Shown here one piece after another: positions 60,959 through 64,000 of a stretch of DNA of 64,000 nt. A model generated the notes under the pieces. It searched no databases and was not told the origin of the DNA. It saw only the letters and a list, made by a program, of their open reading frames with translations. How positions within the stretch are numbered: the first letter of the stretch is position 1; each line of letters starts with the position of its first letter. A program made the position numbers and the translations under genes. The DNA comes from Centroscyllium fabricii (taxonomy: Eukaryota), in assembly GCA_051313645.2 (NCBI GenBank), contig JBNRSN020000007.1, positions 40,176,001 through 40,240,000 on the forward strand, in the 5' to 3' direction.

Positions 60959-63900
60959 TGTAATGAAATCTGTTGTCTGTATGTATTTGTTGGCACTCAT
61001 TTATATTACCCTCCCCCACTGTGTATAGTTTCACTTCCTGTTTCCTGACGAAACCTGGGCGATTCCCGGAATTGGCTTTGGCTCTGTCCCTGGCTCATCT
61101 TACATAAAGATCCAGGATCTGTATAACTCATTCCTGTGAGACAGCCGTCGAGATGTGAGCTCTAATTCTTAGTGATTAAAAGCCTTTCTGTTTAAGTCTA
61201 TAACTTCTAGTTTTGTAGTTATTGAAGGCACATCAATTTTAATCACTAAAATACTAGGATAGATCGACTCCTAAAACCAGAGCGTCTGGAATTGGATCCA
61301 CATTCTGCTGAAGCATCAAATCAATTTGGACACTGGCTCAGATGCTTCGAACTCTACACGGAGGCCGCATTCGCTAGTGAGGCAGAGAAACTGAGTCTAC
61401 TGACTACTCGCATAAGTCATCAGACTTATTCATTCATCCGGGACACCGCCTCTTACACGGAGGCCATCGCTAGGCTGAAGGCCGAATACCAGAGGCTGGT
61501 GAATGAAGTGTACGTCAGACATCTGCTGGCTACACGCAGGCAGCGACCAGAGAAATCAACGGACGACTTTCTACAGGTCCTAAGGACCTGATCCAGGACT
61601 GTAACTGCAAGGACATGACTGCCAACATGTACTCTGACGTATCGGTCCACGATTCCTTCATTGCAGGCCTTGAATCAAATTATATCCGGCAGAGACAACT
61701 GGAGCAGGAGGCCCTGGACTTAAAAGGGGCAGTGGCCACTGCACGATCGCTGGACGTGGCCCAGAAAAACGCTGACTCCTATTCTTCCGGCCATGCGGCC
61801 CTCACCACCTCATGTGCGCCGAGCGGGCCGCCATCTTGGAATCAACTACCTTCCCCACCCAGGTCTCAGGCCAGCTCTACGCCGCCGGAGACCCCATGCA
61901 GAAATCTATCCAGGAGCCCTACTACAGCAGCAATGTCTCAAGGCCCGAAATGCTATTTCTGCGGTCAGGCCAAGCATCCCACACAACGTTGCCCAGCGAA
62001 GGACGCTACATGCTTCAAATGTAAGAAAAAGGGGCATTTTAGCAAACTCTTCAGGGGGAATCCGATTTCCGACTCCGTCACTGCCTCGTGCATGCCGTGC
62101 GGCCCGCCATCTTGAGATCGGCCATCTTGTCTCGACTCAACAGCCGCCCAGGGCCAACAATGGCTTCGATCACGGTGGATCAATCCAGGCCACACCCGTT
62201 GACAAAATCCATGATGGACATACAGGTAAATGGGAACTTAACGAAATGTTTATTTGACTGTGGGAGTACTGGGAGCTTTATTCACCCTAGCCTGTTATGG
62301 CACCACTCATTAACGGTAACCCCCACACGGAGCAAAATTGCTATGGCTGCTAAGCCCCACACATTGGACATTTTGGGCTACTGTGTGGTAACTCTGACTG
62401 TAAAAGGCACGGTCTGCAAGGATTTTAAACTCCTTGTGATGCCAGAACTCTGTGTTCATGTAATCTTGGACCTGGACTTTCAGTGCCACCACGAAAGTGT
62501 CACGTTAGTATATGGCGGGTCCCAGCCGCCACTCACAGTCTGTGGCCTATCAACCTTAAAAATCAGCCCACCCTCTTTATTCGCAAATCTCGCCCTGAAC
62601 TGTAGGCCCATAGCGACCAAATGTAGATGGTACAGCCTGGAAGACAGACACTTCATCAAGGCAGAAGTGGACAGACGTCTGCGGGAAGTCATTATTGAAT
62701 GCAGTACCAAACCATGGCGGGCCCAAGTAGTCATAGTCAAAAAAAGCGAAAAGAAACGGATGGTAATCGACTACAGCCAGACTGTCAATATTTATACCCA
62801 GCTGGACGCCTACCCTTTACCCTGCATCTCAGAAATGGTCAACCAGATTGCACAATACCGAGTCTTCTCGACTATTGACCTTAAATCCGCGTATCACCAG
62901 CTCCCCATTAGAACGGAGGACTGCCCATACACCGCCTTCGAGGCGAACGGGCACCTCTACCATTTTCTCAGAGTGCCCTTCGGGGTAACAAACAGGGTCT
63001 CGGTTTTCCAACGCGAGATGGACCGCATGGTTGACGAGAATAAACTACAAGCTACCTACCTCTATCTGGACAATGTCACTATCTGCGGGCACGACCAGCG
63101 AGACCACGATCTAAATCTTTGTGAGATTTTTAAAAACTGCCCTAAAGCTAAATCTAATCTACAACGAGGACAAATGTGTCTTCAACACAACCCGTCTCTG
63201 TATCGTCACCTGCGTGGTGGAAAATGGGGTAATTGGACTGGACCCTGACCGATTACGCCCCCTAAAGGAACTGCCCCTGCCACACAATCCCAAAGCCTTA
63301 AAAAGGTGCCTGGGATTTTTTTCATATTATGCTCAATGGGTGCCCAATTACTCCGATAAGGCCCGACCCCTCATTAAATCGACGTCCTTCCCATTATCAG
63401 CTGAAGCTCGGGTGGCCTTCACCAGTGTTAAACAGGATATTGAAAAGGCTGCAATGTGTGCAGTGGACGAAAGCATCCCCTTCCAAGTCGAAAGCGATGC
63501 GTCAGACTTCGCCTTAGCCGTGACCCTCAATCAGGCTGGAAGACCTGTGGCCTTCTTCTCCCGAACCCTTCAGGGACCTGAAATCAGGCACTCTTCTGTC
63601 GAGAAGGAGGCACAGGCTATAGTGGAGGCGGTGTGTCACTGGAGACACTACCTAGCCGGTAAACGTTTCACCCTGCTCACCGACCAGCGGTCGGTGGCTT
63701 TCATGCTTAATAACAAACAAAGGGGGAAAATCAAGAATGACAAAATACTCAGGTAGAGGATCGAACTATCCACGTTCGACTATGATATCATGTACAGGCC
63801 GGGAGCCCTTAATGAACCCCCAGGCGCCCTATCGCGGGGACTGTGTGCCAGCATTCACACGGACAAATTACAAGGACTCCACGATGACCTCTGTCACCCA

Positions 63901-64000
63901 GGGGTCACCCGATTATTCCATTTTATAAAGTCCCGCAATCTGCCCCACTCCATCGAGGAGGTCAGAGCAATGACCAGAGCCTGCCGCCTCTGTGTGGAAT
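60959..64000 (+). mobile_element. Gypsy element D (non-tRNA PBS clade), degenerate, runs off the window
   Basis: 5' LTR 60959-61235; gag CYFCGQAKH, CLFDCGST, RT YLDN, VESDAS, KIKNDKILR; several frameshifts and stops. Confidence 0.92.

Overview
Gene-poor, almost entirely repeat-derived eukaryotic DNA. The repeat mix (CR1/HER1-type LINEs, HE1-type V-SINEs, a Deu-domain SINE, Penelope-like elements) points to a cartilaginous fish; this is an inference. No intact host gene is visible. The window holds six internal-containing Ty3/Gypsy LTR retrotransposons, several LTR-only relics, CR1 and L2-group LINE fragments, about 9 V-SINEs, Penelope-like fragments with hammerhead ribozyme motifs, hAT and Harbinger-like MITEs, a 1.3-kb minisatellite and a SINE-split EIF3I retro-fragment fused to a LINE 3' end. 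The main result concerns one Gypsy clade with 8 insertions here and a YLDN RT motif. It has no tRNA primer-binding site. Instead, the 12-14 nt after the 5' LTR are complementary to the LTR's own AATAAA/ATTAAA-containing segment, with compensatory changes across four families. A TSD-flanked fold-back relic at 31520-31925 shows this pairing extended into a 118-bp hairpin, consistent with tRNA-independent self-priming. Coordinates were counted by hand, and family names come from recall, not database searches.
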